Shown here: positions 16,775-24,522 of the stretch, one piece after another
How the letters are laid out: the number at the start of each line of letters is the position of its first letter
Position numbering within the stretch: the first letter of the stretch is position 1
NCBI GenBank assembly: GCA_041659405.1
Contig: JBAZYK010000009.1
Coordinates: forward strand, 30,001-62,000
Source of the DNA: Candidatus Altimarinota bacterium
Lineage (GTDB): Bacteria; Patescibacteriota; Gracilibacteria; UBA1369
Length of the DNA stretch: 32,000 nucleotides
Direction of reading: 5' to 3'
The notes under the pieces: model-generated
The model's database searches: none
What the model saw: only the letters and a program-made list of their open reading frames with translations
What the model was told of the DNA's origin: nothing
Made by a program: the position numbers and the translations under genes

Positions 16775-17581
16775 TTATGTGTTTTCAACTTTAGCGACTT
16801 TTTCTTTTTGATTATCCAAATACTGCGCGATTGCAGGATTTGCGTTGCGTACCTCTTTTGTGGCTTCAACCAAATCAACACCAAAATTTTTATCACCATT
16901 AAAGGTCACCTTAAAAGACAATCCCTTATTCGGACTGATTTGATCAGATGCGATATCCCATGATGTCCCCGCGGGTATTTTTGAAAAATCAATTTCTGAA
17001 ATATTTGAAATTTGTTTTTTGATAAGATAAGTCAACTCATCAACTTTTACATAAGATAATGTCTTCAATTTATCAAAAACGCGCCCAATAGCATGACCTA
17101 TTGGCGCATTGGCATTGATTTCAAAAGTTTCAGGCGCATAGGGTTGATCATCCGCAGACGCAACCAATTCAGCGGCCTTATCTGCTTTTACAGGTGCCCC
17201 CGAATAATACTCCTGCATGATTTTTCTAATCGCAGCCAGGCCTTCTGTAATTGACTTCTTCCTATAATCTTCCCTTTCCGCGCGAATACTTTGAGGATCT
17301 TTCAACGCATCTAATTTTTCTATAGCCATTTGTGCCTTACTTTTTAGGAGGTCCCGCATTTGTTGCGTACCAGCTTCGATTTTTTTACCATTTTGAATGT
17401 CTCCCAAAACTCTTTTTGTCTCGTTATATTTACGTTCATAGGTATCTTCATCAAAATCAATAGCCGTTTTTGGTGTCACGGAAGCCCTTTCAGATCCTTC
17501 ACTCGGCGCGGGAGCACTTGCATAAACAAGTCTTTTAGCTAAAACCCCCAAATTGAATTTTGATTGTAAAAAAGTTTTCAT
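16775..17581 (-). CDS. Array protein D with N-terminal 'AKRLVYA' motif and a probable globular C-terminal domain
   Basis: 'MKTFLQSKFNLGVLAKRLVYASAPAPSEG...' with C-terminal 'AIGRVFDKLKTLSYVKVDELTYLIKKQISNISEIDF...GLSFKVTFNGDKNFGVDLVEATKEV'. Confidence 0.82.
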   Translation of the reverse strand: MKTFLQSKFNLGVLAKRLVYASAPAPSEGSERASVTPKTAIDFDEDTYERKYNETKRVLGDIQNGKKIEAGTQQMRDLLKSKAQMAIEKLDALKDPQSIRAEREDYRKKSITEGLAAIRKIMQEYYSGAPVKADKAAELVASADDQPYAPETFEINANAPIGHAIGRVFDKLKTLSYVKVDELTYLIKKQISNISEIDFSKIPAGTSWDIASDQISPNKGLSFKVTFNGDKNFGVDLVEATKEVRNANPAIAQYLDNQKEKVAKVENT

Positions 17582-17588
17582 AAAGTTT

Positions 17589-17933
17589 TTATAAATGATT
17601 TAATAAATTATCGGCTAATGTTGAAGATTGCCCGATTTCGATTTTTTCCTGTTCCACTCTAACATCCTTCTCCATATCGTTTTTTAGCTTTATTACCTGC
17701 AATAAATCCTCCTGCATTTGGGCCTGTTGCTGTTGATCTAAGACTTGCCCGTGTTCAAAACGTTGTGCCTCTTTCATCAGCGTCTGCATCAATTCTTCCT
17801 GCCCCTTTTGTGGCAAATTTGCGATTTGTTGCATGAGCGTAGCTTTTTCCTCCTCAGCCAGGCTTTGAATACTGACAGAATTCATTACTAGTTCCCGTAA
17901 TTGCTGGTTGTTAATTGTTGTGTAATCAATCAT
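17589..17933 (-). CDS. Small helical array protein C
   Basis: 'LRELVMNSVSIQSLAEEEKATLMQQIANLPQKGQEELMQTLMKEAQR...NLLNHL' aligns with A. Confidence 0.83.
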   Translation of the reverse strand: MIDYTTINNQQLRELVMNSVSIQSLAEEEKATLMQQIANLPQKGQEELMQTLMKEAQRFEHGQVLDQQQQAQMQEDLLQVIKLKNDMEKDVRVEQEKIEIGQSSTLADNLLNHL

Positions 17934-17939
17934 ATTGGC

Positions 17940-18305
17940 TTAATTAAGCAGTTTTCCGTATTGTTCAATAATTGAATTAATTTTTCCGAGGTTTGCCGCA
18001 ACAGCTTCCTTACTTAAATATTTCTCTTCTTTAGCAAGGATTTCATCTAAACTGCCCTTAGCTTCCTGCCGTGCTTCTTCAATTTTTGGAGAAGTAGCAG
18101 GCTTTTCTAAAAGATCTAAAGCATTAAATTTTGCCTTTTGATAGCTTTCATCAGCCGCCATAAGACCTTCCTCAGCGGGTTTTTCTGTAGCAGCCGAAGG
18201 CAAAACGTTAATATTTTTTTGTTGATCTGGGCCTACCTGAAAGATTGTACGAGCAGGCAAAAATGTTATGTTAGAGCCAAATTGTAAGTATTTTATTTTC
18301 CCCAT
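17940..18305 (-). CDS. Array protein B with N-terminal 'ARTIFQ' motif variant
   Basis: 'MGKIKYLQFGSNITFLPARTIFQVGPDQQ...AKGSLDEILAKEEKYLSKEAVAANLGKINSIIEQYG'; 6 nt upstream of C. Confidence 0.8.
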   Translation of the reverse strand: MGKIKYLQFGSNITFLPARTIFQVGPDQQKNINVLPSAATEKPAEEGLMAADESYQKAKFNALDLLEKPATSPKIEEARQEAKGSLDEILAKEEKYLSKEAVAANLGKINSIIEQYGKLLN

Positions 18306-18350
18306 ATTTTTATTTTAAGATTTTTTATTTTAAACTTGCTGCAATTTTTT

Positions 18351-18713
18351 TTAGAAATTAATTTCCTTCAGCAGATCCTCCGCTTCCCGCTGCGATCTTG
18401 CGACTTCCACTGTTTCGTTTTCCACCCGGACTACAATTTCAAAATTTCTTTTGATTATCCGAACTTCAGCCGTTCTTTTTTCAATAATTTTTATGTCCAT
18501 TTCAGGTGTGATCCCTTTTGCTCTTTTGGCTGCCACAATTTGCCTTTGTTCATCTTCCAGCGCCTCGATCATGGGTTGTTGAGCTTCTACAGGCAGATTG
18601 GCCACCTGGAAAATCATTTTTTGGATATTCCCTTCATCCAGCGAATGAATCGACTCAGACGCCATCACCAGGTATCGCAGTTTTTCGTTTTGTATGGGAT
18701 AGTAATAAGGCAT
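18351..18713 (-). CDS. Small helical array protein A (start trimmed from 18803 to 18713)
   Basis: 'MPYYYPIQNEKLRYLVMASESIHSLDEGNIQKMIFQVANLPVEAQQPMIEALEDEQRQ...EDLLKEINF' aligns with C; the upstream extension has no counterpart in C and overlaps the promoter and the divergent gene. Confidence 0.78.
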   Translation of the reverse strand: MPYYYPIQNEKLRYLVMASESIHSLDEGNIQKMIFQVANLPVEAQQPMIEALEDEQRQIVAAKRAKGITPEMDIKIIEKRTAEVRIIKRNFEIVVRVENETVEVARSQREAEDLLKEINF

Positions 18714-18741
18714 GTGTCGTAACTTGCTTAAATATCTAAAT

Positions 18742-18770
18742 ATTATATCATATAACGGTCGGCAACTCAA
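18742..18770 (-). promoter_or_regulatory. Candidate sigma70-type promoter driving the minus-strand array
   Basis: On the minus strand: TTGAGT (18770-18765), 17-nt spacer, TATAAT (18747-18742), upstream of the A start at 18713. Confidence 0.6.
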
Positions 18771-18792
18771 ATCAGGATGACATAATAAACTC

Positions 18793-19878
18793 ATGAAAAT
18801 CATTCAAATTACCGAAAATCAGCAGGAAAAATACAACCAATTTGTCCAAAATCACCCGCTTGGCTCAATTCATCAAACTTGGGAATGGGGCATGTTTCAA
18901 TGCAAAACGCCCGGCCGCGATCGTTTTTATGCCCTTGTTCAGGAAGACGAGCATGGCCAATGGGAAGGTGCCGCTTTGATTATTAGACAACAACTGCCAA
19001 AAGGCCTTTCCTGGCTTTACTGTCCACGCGGGCCGCTGGTTGATTATTCAAATTTGCCAAAATTTTTGCCACTTTTTCAAAAAATCGCCGAAATCGCCAA
19101 AAAAGAAAATGCCGTTTTCTTGAGATTCGACCCCGGATTAACCGAATCTCCGGATTTTTCAAAAACTCCGCCGGCAGAGAATTTAAACTTTCAAAAAACT
19201 GTTTCCAAAATCCTAAATTCCAAATCCGCGCACGCCCATTATCAACCCGAAAGCACACTTATTTTAGACCTCTCTCAATCACCGGAAGAGCTCTTAAAAC
19301 AAATGAAACCAAAGGGTCGTTATAACATTAAAATCGCCCAAAAACACGGCATAACAATTTGCGTAAGTGACACCGCGCAAGACCTCAAAAATTTCTACCA
19401 ACTCCTCCACCAAACCACCACTCGCGACCAATTTAGTGGCCACGCCCTGGAATTTTACCAAAACATGCTCACGATTTTAGGCCCGCAGAAAGCCAAACTT
19501 TACCTTGCGGAATATCAAACGCAACCCGTCGGCTCTTCAACTTCGCCCGGCCCTCACATCATCGCCGGCTTAATCGCAACTTATTTCAAAGACACCGCCA
19601 TCTATTATTTTGGCGCTTCCAGCAATGAATACCGCAATACCATGGCCCCATATTTGCTTCAATGGCAGGCTATTTTAGACGCACAAAAACTCGGTTATAA
19701 ATATTATGATTTCCTTGGAATCGCGCCGGAAGATCAGCCAAATCACCCCTGGGCCGGAGTGTCCGATTTTAAATTAAAATTTGGAGGCACACGTTTAAAT
19801 TACGTTCCTCCTCAGGAAATTGTCTACAAACCGCTCTGGTTCAACGCAATCAAACTCGCCAAAAAATTACGACGGTAG
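18793..19878 (+). CDS. FemAB/FmhB-like peptidoglycan-bridge (lipid II) aminoacyltransferase family, GNAT fold
   Basis: 'GSIHQTWEWGMFQ...FYALVQEDEHGQWEGAALIIRQQLPKGLSWLYCPRGPL', 'MKPKGRYNIKIAQKHGI', 'YYDFLGIAP...HPWAGVSDFKLKFGGTRLNYV'. Confidence 0.9.
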   Translation: MKIIQITENQQEKYNQFVQNHPLGSIHQTWEWGMFQCKTPGRDRFYALVQEDEHGQWEGAALIIRQQLPKGLSWLYCPRGPLVDYSNLPKFLPLFQKIAEIAKKENAVFLRFDPGLTESPDFSKTPPAENLNFQKTVSKILNSKSAHAHYQPESTLILDLSQSPEELLKQMKPKGRYNIKIAQKHGITICVSDTAQDLKNFYQLLHQTTTRDQFSGHALEFYQNMLTILGPQKAKLYLAEYQTQPVGSSTSPGPHIIAGLIATYFKDTAIYYFGASSNEYRNTMAPYLLQWQAILDAQKLGYKYYDFLGIAPEDQPNHPWAGVSDFKLKFGGTRLNYVPPQEIVYKPLWFNAIKLAKKLRR

Positions 19879-19955
19879 TACATCAAAAACAGCGCGATCT
19901 TGCGCGACATGGGCCACCACCACCTCACGCTCTCACCACAAAACAAGCTGGACTT

Positions 19956-22691
19956 TTATGTTTCTCTAATTCTTTTAACTGTCTCAATCATTTGCGCAAA
20001 GTTGCCGGAAACCCCTCCAGTTTGCGCTTTTCTGCCATTTACAAAATAATGGAGCTGATTATTTTCCAGCCAAACAAATAATTGTGTTGGGCCAAAATTG
20101 CCCCAATCAAGTGTCACATTAGCAACCTGCTCAACCTTATTATTTTGGTCGATCTTAAAATTTATAATTCTGCCAATCGCCGCCCGTTCATTATTGTAAT
20201 TGTAGGAATTGGTAATGGTATCAAACAGAATTTCGTGCTGTGAAGCCGTATCTATAGTTTTGAAATGCTGATCTTCTTCAGCCCACGCGCGAATATGTTT
20301 CATTTTTAGGGCAAATTCCGGCAGACTTTCCGCCACTCCTTCACGCATAGAACCGCCATCATAAGCCACATTTTCACGATTAACCCTGTAGCCAATGCGA
20401 CCAAATGGCAAAGCCCGAACATCAACCTTTGCATTTGGATTATTCCAATCCAATTCTACGGTGTAATCATAAGGCGGAGTCTTTTCGGTCTTCTCCACAT
20501 TGCGAACTGTCCCCGTTACTTTTTCGTGTTGTTCAAATTGGTACTTTGATCCAAGCACTTTCAGCATGACTTTTTGCAAAGCTGAACCATCATTCACCGC
20601 GCGTAAAACATCTTCTTTGCTGTTATAAGGTTCCTCAAGTTCACCACCATTATAAGAAATTTTATATTTTCCATCAGGCATTCTAAAAGCACGGAACGCC
20701 AGCATGTAGCCATTAAATAGCAAATCAAAACGTGCTCCATCGGGTTTATCCGCATAAGCATCAATTGCTCTAAGTTGATAAAGATAATTTGGATTTATCG
20801 GTTTTAAATTTTCATGATTTTTTTCAAATGCCGCTGTGATTCTTTCAGGGCTGACCGAAGCACCTTCCGGCGTTCTTGTTTTTTCCTTGGGTCGAGGCTT
20901 TTTCATAACCCAGTCGTCGCAAATCATATGGCTATGATCGGCATAGTCTACTTTGTAATAGAGTTTCCCATTTACTTCCCGTGCCGGATTATTTGGATTA
21001 AATAATGTCATTTCTTCTCCGGGTGCAACTGTCACTGTGCGATCAATCTTGCCTTGTTCCGTCCTGAAATAAACAATATTTCCGGGCTTAATTACAAGCT
21101 TCCCGGTATATCCCGCCAAATCAAATTTTGTAACTTCGTGTCCTTTATCCCAATCGCGTGCAATTTCATCAACTGATTCCACTGGTCTTTCGGCAGATGC
21201 CGCAGGTGTAGAAGTTGGAGTAGCTGTTGGGGCATTAGTAGGCGCAGTAGTTGGGGCCACGGCTGGACTCACTCCAAGAGCAGAAGCACCTTTTTTGCCT
21301 GCAGCCTTCTTTCCGGGAGCTTTAGCCTGCACATCCGCAGGGGCTGGCGTCACCACTTTGACTTCAGTAAGAATCCCGGCAGTTGCCAACTTTGGAACCT
21401 TTGCGGCAGGATTAACGTGCCCCTTGTCCAAAGTAGCCCTGATAAGATTGTTCGCTTTGGCTTCCACCACTTTGTTTTCCAATAGATCAAAACCATCCTT
21501 CTTAATTTTTGCCTTAATTTTTGCATCATCATTCAAATCCAACATTTCTTTAACTAACGGATACAATGGATCATTAATATCAATTTTAAATTGCTCTATT
21601 AATTTTCTAGCCGTGTCATTAAAAGTTGCAATATTTTGCCTTAAAACCGTCAATCTTAATTCTTTTTCCGCCTCTTCCAATAAGTTTCGCGCGGATACTT
21701 CGGAATGAATTTTATCAAGTGTCTCAGGCTTCATAATATCTTCCACAACTCCTCCATGAATAAAATCAAACTTCAATTCACTTTGCAATTTTTCAGCTTT
21801 TCTCACGAAAGCCTGAATTTGCCCTTTGCTGATCTCCACTTCCGCTAATGAGTCCGTTAAAAGAGGAATATCCAGTAGCACCTGTTTGTCAGAGCCCCAA
21901 CTTCCTCTCCCTTTTCCTTTTCCGGATGTAGCATCTTTTATTTGTTCTAAAGTATCCTCACGAAATTCATCAAATTTAGCCGGGAATTTCTTTTTTGCGC
22001 CGTTAAAAAGGCCTACAAAATAAGCTTTTTCACGCGCGTCCAGGTTCAGATGGGAAAGCTCCTGTTCATATTCGGCAAAATTGGCGATTTTTTTAACCAC
22101 ATCGGTATCCAGCTTTGTCCCCATGGTCCAACCCTCACTGGATTTATCAAATGCCGCTTTAAATTTGCCATAAGCCTCATTAGCAGAGGCCTTATCATAC
22201 ATTCCTAAGCCCGTAAGATACCCAACAACAGATTGATAAGCTTCCCCGTCTTTGTCAGTGCCTTCATAGTCATCAATGCCACCATCTTTTGGTTCAGCCA
22301 GCTCTTCTGCATATTTTACCGCCTCATCAAATTTGTTAGCCTTATTTGGAACAATCTCACTATAAAGTTTATTTAAATCATCGCTTACTTCACGAATCAA
22401 TGCCTTTTTATCTTCCTTTTCTTTAAGATCTAACCCTATGCTTTTAAGCTGGTGTTTGTCTTTCAACTTGCCAATTTTAGACTCGATTGATCTTGGATTT
22501 GGTCCTCTTGCGGTTGCCAAAGTACGAATACGTTCAGCCGATTCATTTACGGCTTTATCAAATTCCTGTTTAGAAAAATCCGGCTTCTTTTCCAGTTCAG
22601 AAACTTCCTGAGTCACATATGCCTGTTCACGCGACTGCTCGGGTTTGTTTTGAAATACGAGTCTGTTTGGTGAGAAAAAATGTATTTTCAT
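19956..22691 (-). CDS. Large uncharacterised 911-aa protein with N-terminal 'PNRLVFQ' motif, helical N-half, Ala/Pro/Thr linker and beta-rich C-half
   Basis: 'MKIHFFSPNRLVFQNKPEQSREQ...', linker 'AKAPGKKAAGKKGASALGVSPAVAPTTAPTNAPTATPTSTPAASAERP', then 'GNIVYFRTEQGKIDRTVTVAPGEEMTLFNPNNPAREVNGKLYYKVDYADHSHMICDDWVMKK' and further domains. Confidence 0.88.
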   Translation of the reverse strand: MKIHFFSPNRLVFQNKPEQSREQAYVTQEVSELEKKPDFSKQEFDKAVNESAERIRTLATARGPNPRSIESKIGKLKDKHQLKSIGLDLKEKEDKKALIREVSDDLNKLYSEIVPNKANKFDEAVKYAEELAEPKDGGIDDYEGTDKDGEAYQSVVGYLTGLGMYDKASANEAYGKFKAAFDKSSEGWTMGTKLDTDVVKKIANFAEYEQELSHLNLDAREKAYFVGLFNGAKKKFPAKFDEFREDTLEQIKDATSGKGKGRGSWGSDKQVLLDIPLLTDSLAEVEISKGQIQAFVRKAEKLQSELKFDFIHGGVVEDIMKPETLDKIHSEVSARNLLEEAEKELRLTVLRQNIATFNDTARKLIEQFKIDINDPLYPLVKEMLDLNDDAKIKAKIKKDGFDLLENKVVEAKANNLIRATLDKGHVNPAAKVPKLATAGILTEVKVVTPAPADVQAKAPGKKAAGKKGASALGVSPAVAPTTAPTNAPTATPTSTPAASAERPVESVDEIARDWDKGHEVTKFDLAGYTGKLVIKPGNIVYFRTEQGKIDRTVTVAPGEEMTLFNPNNPAREVNGKLYYKVDYADHSHMICDDWVMKKPRPKEKTRTPEGASVSPERITAAFEKNHENLKPINPNYLYQLRAIDAYADKPDGARFDLLFNGYMLAFRAFRMPDGKYKISYNGGELEEPYNSKEDVLRAVNDGSALQKVMLKVLGSKYQFEQHEKVTGTVRNVEKTEKTPPYDYTVELDWNNPNAKVDVRALPFGRIGYRVNRENVAYDGGSMREGVAESLPEFALKMKHIRAWAEEDQHFKTIDTASQHEILFDTITNSYNYNNERAAIGRIINFKIDQNNKVEQVANVTLDWGNFGPTQLFVWLENNQLHYFVNGRKAQTGGVSGNFAQMIETVKRIRET

Positions 22692-22838
22692 TTTTATTTT
22701 TTTTAGAGCCTCCCAAAAGGTTAATAAATCTATTGATTATACCAGAAAATCAACAATAAAAAAAGCCCCCCGAGCCCCTTCATGAAGGAAATCCGCATTC
22801 TGTCATCCGTTTTTGGCTATAATTCAACAATATTCTCC

Positions 22839-23333
22839 CTATTTTTCCTCCATTTTAAGCCTGATTGTCTCCGGATCATTAATGTGGTCAATGTACAGGT
22901 GAGCATCAACGTGATCGACCTCGTGCTGCACAACCCTCGCATTAAAATTCTTTAGTTTCAAAATTTGTTGCCTGCCTTTCACATCCAAAAATTTCACAGT
23001 CACGGCGGAATGTCTGGCGATGGCGTCAAACCGCTTCGGCAAGCTCAAACAGCCCTCTTCATTCAGATCCATTATCGCCGATTTATTCATGATAACCGGA
23101 TTGATCATTCCGACGACCAATTCATGCGGAGTGTCATAATTAAATTTGCAAACCACCACGCGCAAATTCACGCCAACTTGCGGAGCGGCAAGCCCAACTC
23201 CATGCTCAAGTTCCATGGTTTCCTTCATGTCCTCAATAAACTTCAAAAGTTTTTTATCGATTTTTTTGATCACTGCAGATGGTGTCCGCAAAATCGGATT
23301 ATCCTGTCCCCGTTCCATTTTTAATCGTGCCAT
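22839..23333 (-). CDS. def: Peptide deformylase
   Basis: 'GVGLAAPQVG', 'EEGCLSLP', 'VVQHEVDHVDAHLYIDHI' cover the three catalytic motifs. Confidence 0.95.
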   Translation of the reverse strand: MARLKMERGQDNPILRTPSAVIKKIDKKLLKFIEDMKETMELEHGVGLAAPQVGVNLRVVVCKFNYDTPHELVVGMINPVIMNKSAIMDLNEEGCLSLPKRFDAIARHSAVTVKFLDVKGRQQILKLKNFNARVVQHEVDHVDAHLYIDHINDPETIRLKMEEK

Positions 23334-23429
23334 CAGTCGTATTATTATTTATAATTCGGCGAAATATTAGGCAATCTAAACAAAAAAGTAAAGTTTTTTG
23401 GCTCTAGTTGACCATATCACGCCGTAACT

Positions 23430-24419
23430 TTAGCCTACCCATTTTGCGGCAAGAGTAACGTTGTCCGGATGTACTTTCGTAGCCGTGATTAAACTGCCAC
23501 CAACCTTAACTTTTGGCTTCCCCTCAGTTCCCAATTTTTGTTCCTCGCAAATTTTAAGTTGAGCCTGTCGTTCCATGGCCAATTCGTAAAGTTTTTTAGG
23601 AGCATCTTTTTTATGTGTTTTTACATATTCACTAATTTCAGTATCGGAAACAATCCCATGAAAACCATCGGAACTTAAAAGGACCACCACTGGACGATTT
23701 GCAACAGGAATTTTCTTGATTATGGCTTCAAATTGAAGTTTGTCGGGGTTAACGTAACTGGTAGGAGAATTTTTGATTTGGAGTTTTACTGCTTCAGTAG
23801 TCACCTGTTCATCTGTAAGATCTGACAATTCATCATCACAAATTTCCGGGTAAAAAATTATTTTCAATGCTCTTATAGCTTTAATTACCTCTTTTCGTGT
23901 GTGCTGAACGTTTACTACGTCATTAAGGCTTGATTGGTCTTCCGAAGCATAAATAATTTCCCCGGTTTCAGCATCCAGAACATGAATTTTCGCGTCACCA
24001 ACGTGTCCAACCTCAATTCCGTGTTCATCTCCGTCTTGGTATTCTCGAGCAAGAGCAAGCATGGTTCCTTCTCTAGGGCCAAATTTAGCCCTTTGCATGT
24101 TCACGCAAGCATCATGAAAAATACGATTCATATTTTCTGTTGGATCCAATGTTCTCAAAACAAGTTCGCACACTTCTGCGCCATGTCTTCCACCACCAAC
24201 ACCATCACCAACTGCAAGAAATTTATCATCAACGACTCTATAACCGTCTTCATTTGCTTCTTTTCTGCCTTCGGTTAGTTCTCTTCCACCCTTATTTGTA
24301 GCTGCCCAAACGCTTTTATCTGGTGATTCATATTTTGCGGTATCACCAAAGCCAAAAATTTCTTTTGGTGCGGATTCCGCAGGCATCTCGCCTTCTGGTT
24401 TTAATTCAGGACCATTCAT
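23430..24419 (-). CDS. PP2C-like (PPM family) protein serine/threonine phosphatase
   Basis: 'NKGGRELTEGRKEANEDGYRVVDDKFLAVGDGVGG', 'VGHVGDAKIHVLDAETGEI', 'VVLLSSDGFHGIVSDTEI', 'DNVTLAAKWV'. Confidence 0.87.
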   Translation of the reverse strand: MNGPELKPEGEMPAESAPKEIFGFGDTAKYESPDKSVWAATNKGGRELTEGRKEANEDGYRVVDDKFLAVGDGVGGGRHGAEVCELVLRTLDPTENMNRIFHDACVNMQRAKFGPREGTMLALAREYQDGDEHGIEVGHVGDAKIHVLDAETGEIIYASEDQSSLNDVVNVQHTRKEVIKAIRALKIIFYPEICDDELSDLTDEQVTTEAVKLQIKNSPTSYVNPDKLQFEAIIKKIPVANRPVVVLLSSDGFHGIVSDTEISEYVKTHKKDAPKKLYELAMERQAQLKICEEQKLGTEGKPKVKVGGSLITATKVHPDNVTLAAKWVG

Positions 24420-24485
24420 AAATAAAATTTGTTTAAATATTATTTAGGTAGGACATTGTATCACAAAATCGGCAAAAGTCCATAG

Positions 24486-24513
24486 TTGAATAACCCTCTT
24501 GGTGTTGTATATT
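24486..24513 (+). promoter_or_regulatory. Candidate promoter for proBCA, predicting a very short 5' leader
   Basis: TTGAAT (24486-24491), 16-nt spacer, TATATT (24508-24513); ATG at 24523. Confidence 0.55.
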
Positions 24514-24522
24514 TTCTAGGCT

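Noticed and set aside
13042-18713. Interpretation of the array as a prophage/tail module, gas vesicle cluster or CRISPR-associated operon
   Set aside because: No terminase, portal, capsid, tape-measure, Gvp or Cas motifs and no integrase, repeats or spacers were visible. The helical paralogue pattern does not match those systems as I know them.
13042-18803. Many short plus-strand ORFs (e.g. 14417..14689, 15838..16026, 18336..18722, 18518..18739)
   Set aside because: They are antisense to the tightly spaced minus-strand genes and have shadow-ORF composition (Phe/Cys/Ser-rich). The minus-strand genes show paralogy, which supports their reality.
20814-22023. Plus-strand ORFs antisense to the 911-aa gene (including 137 aa at 21295..21708)
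   Set aside because: Shadow ORFs on a long continuous coding frame; no recognisable domains.
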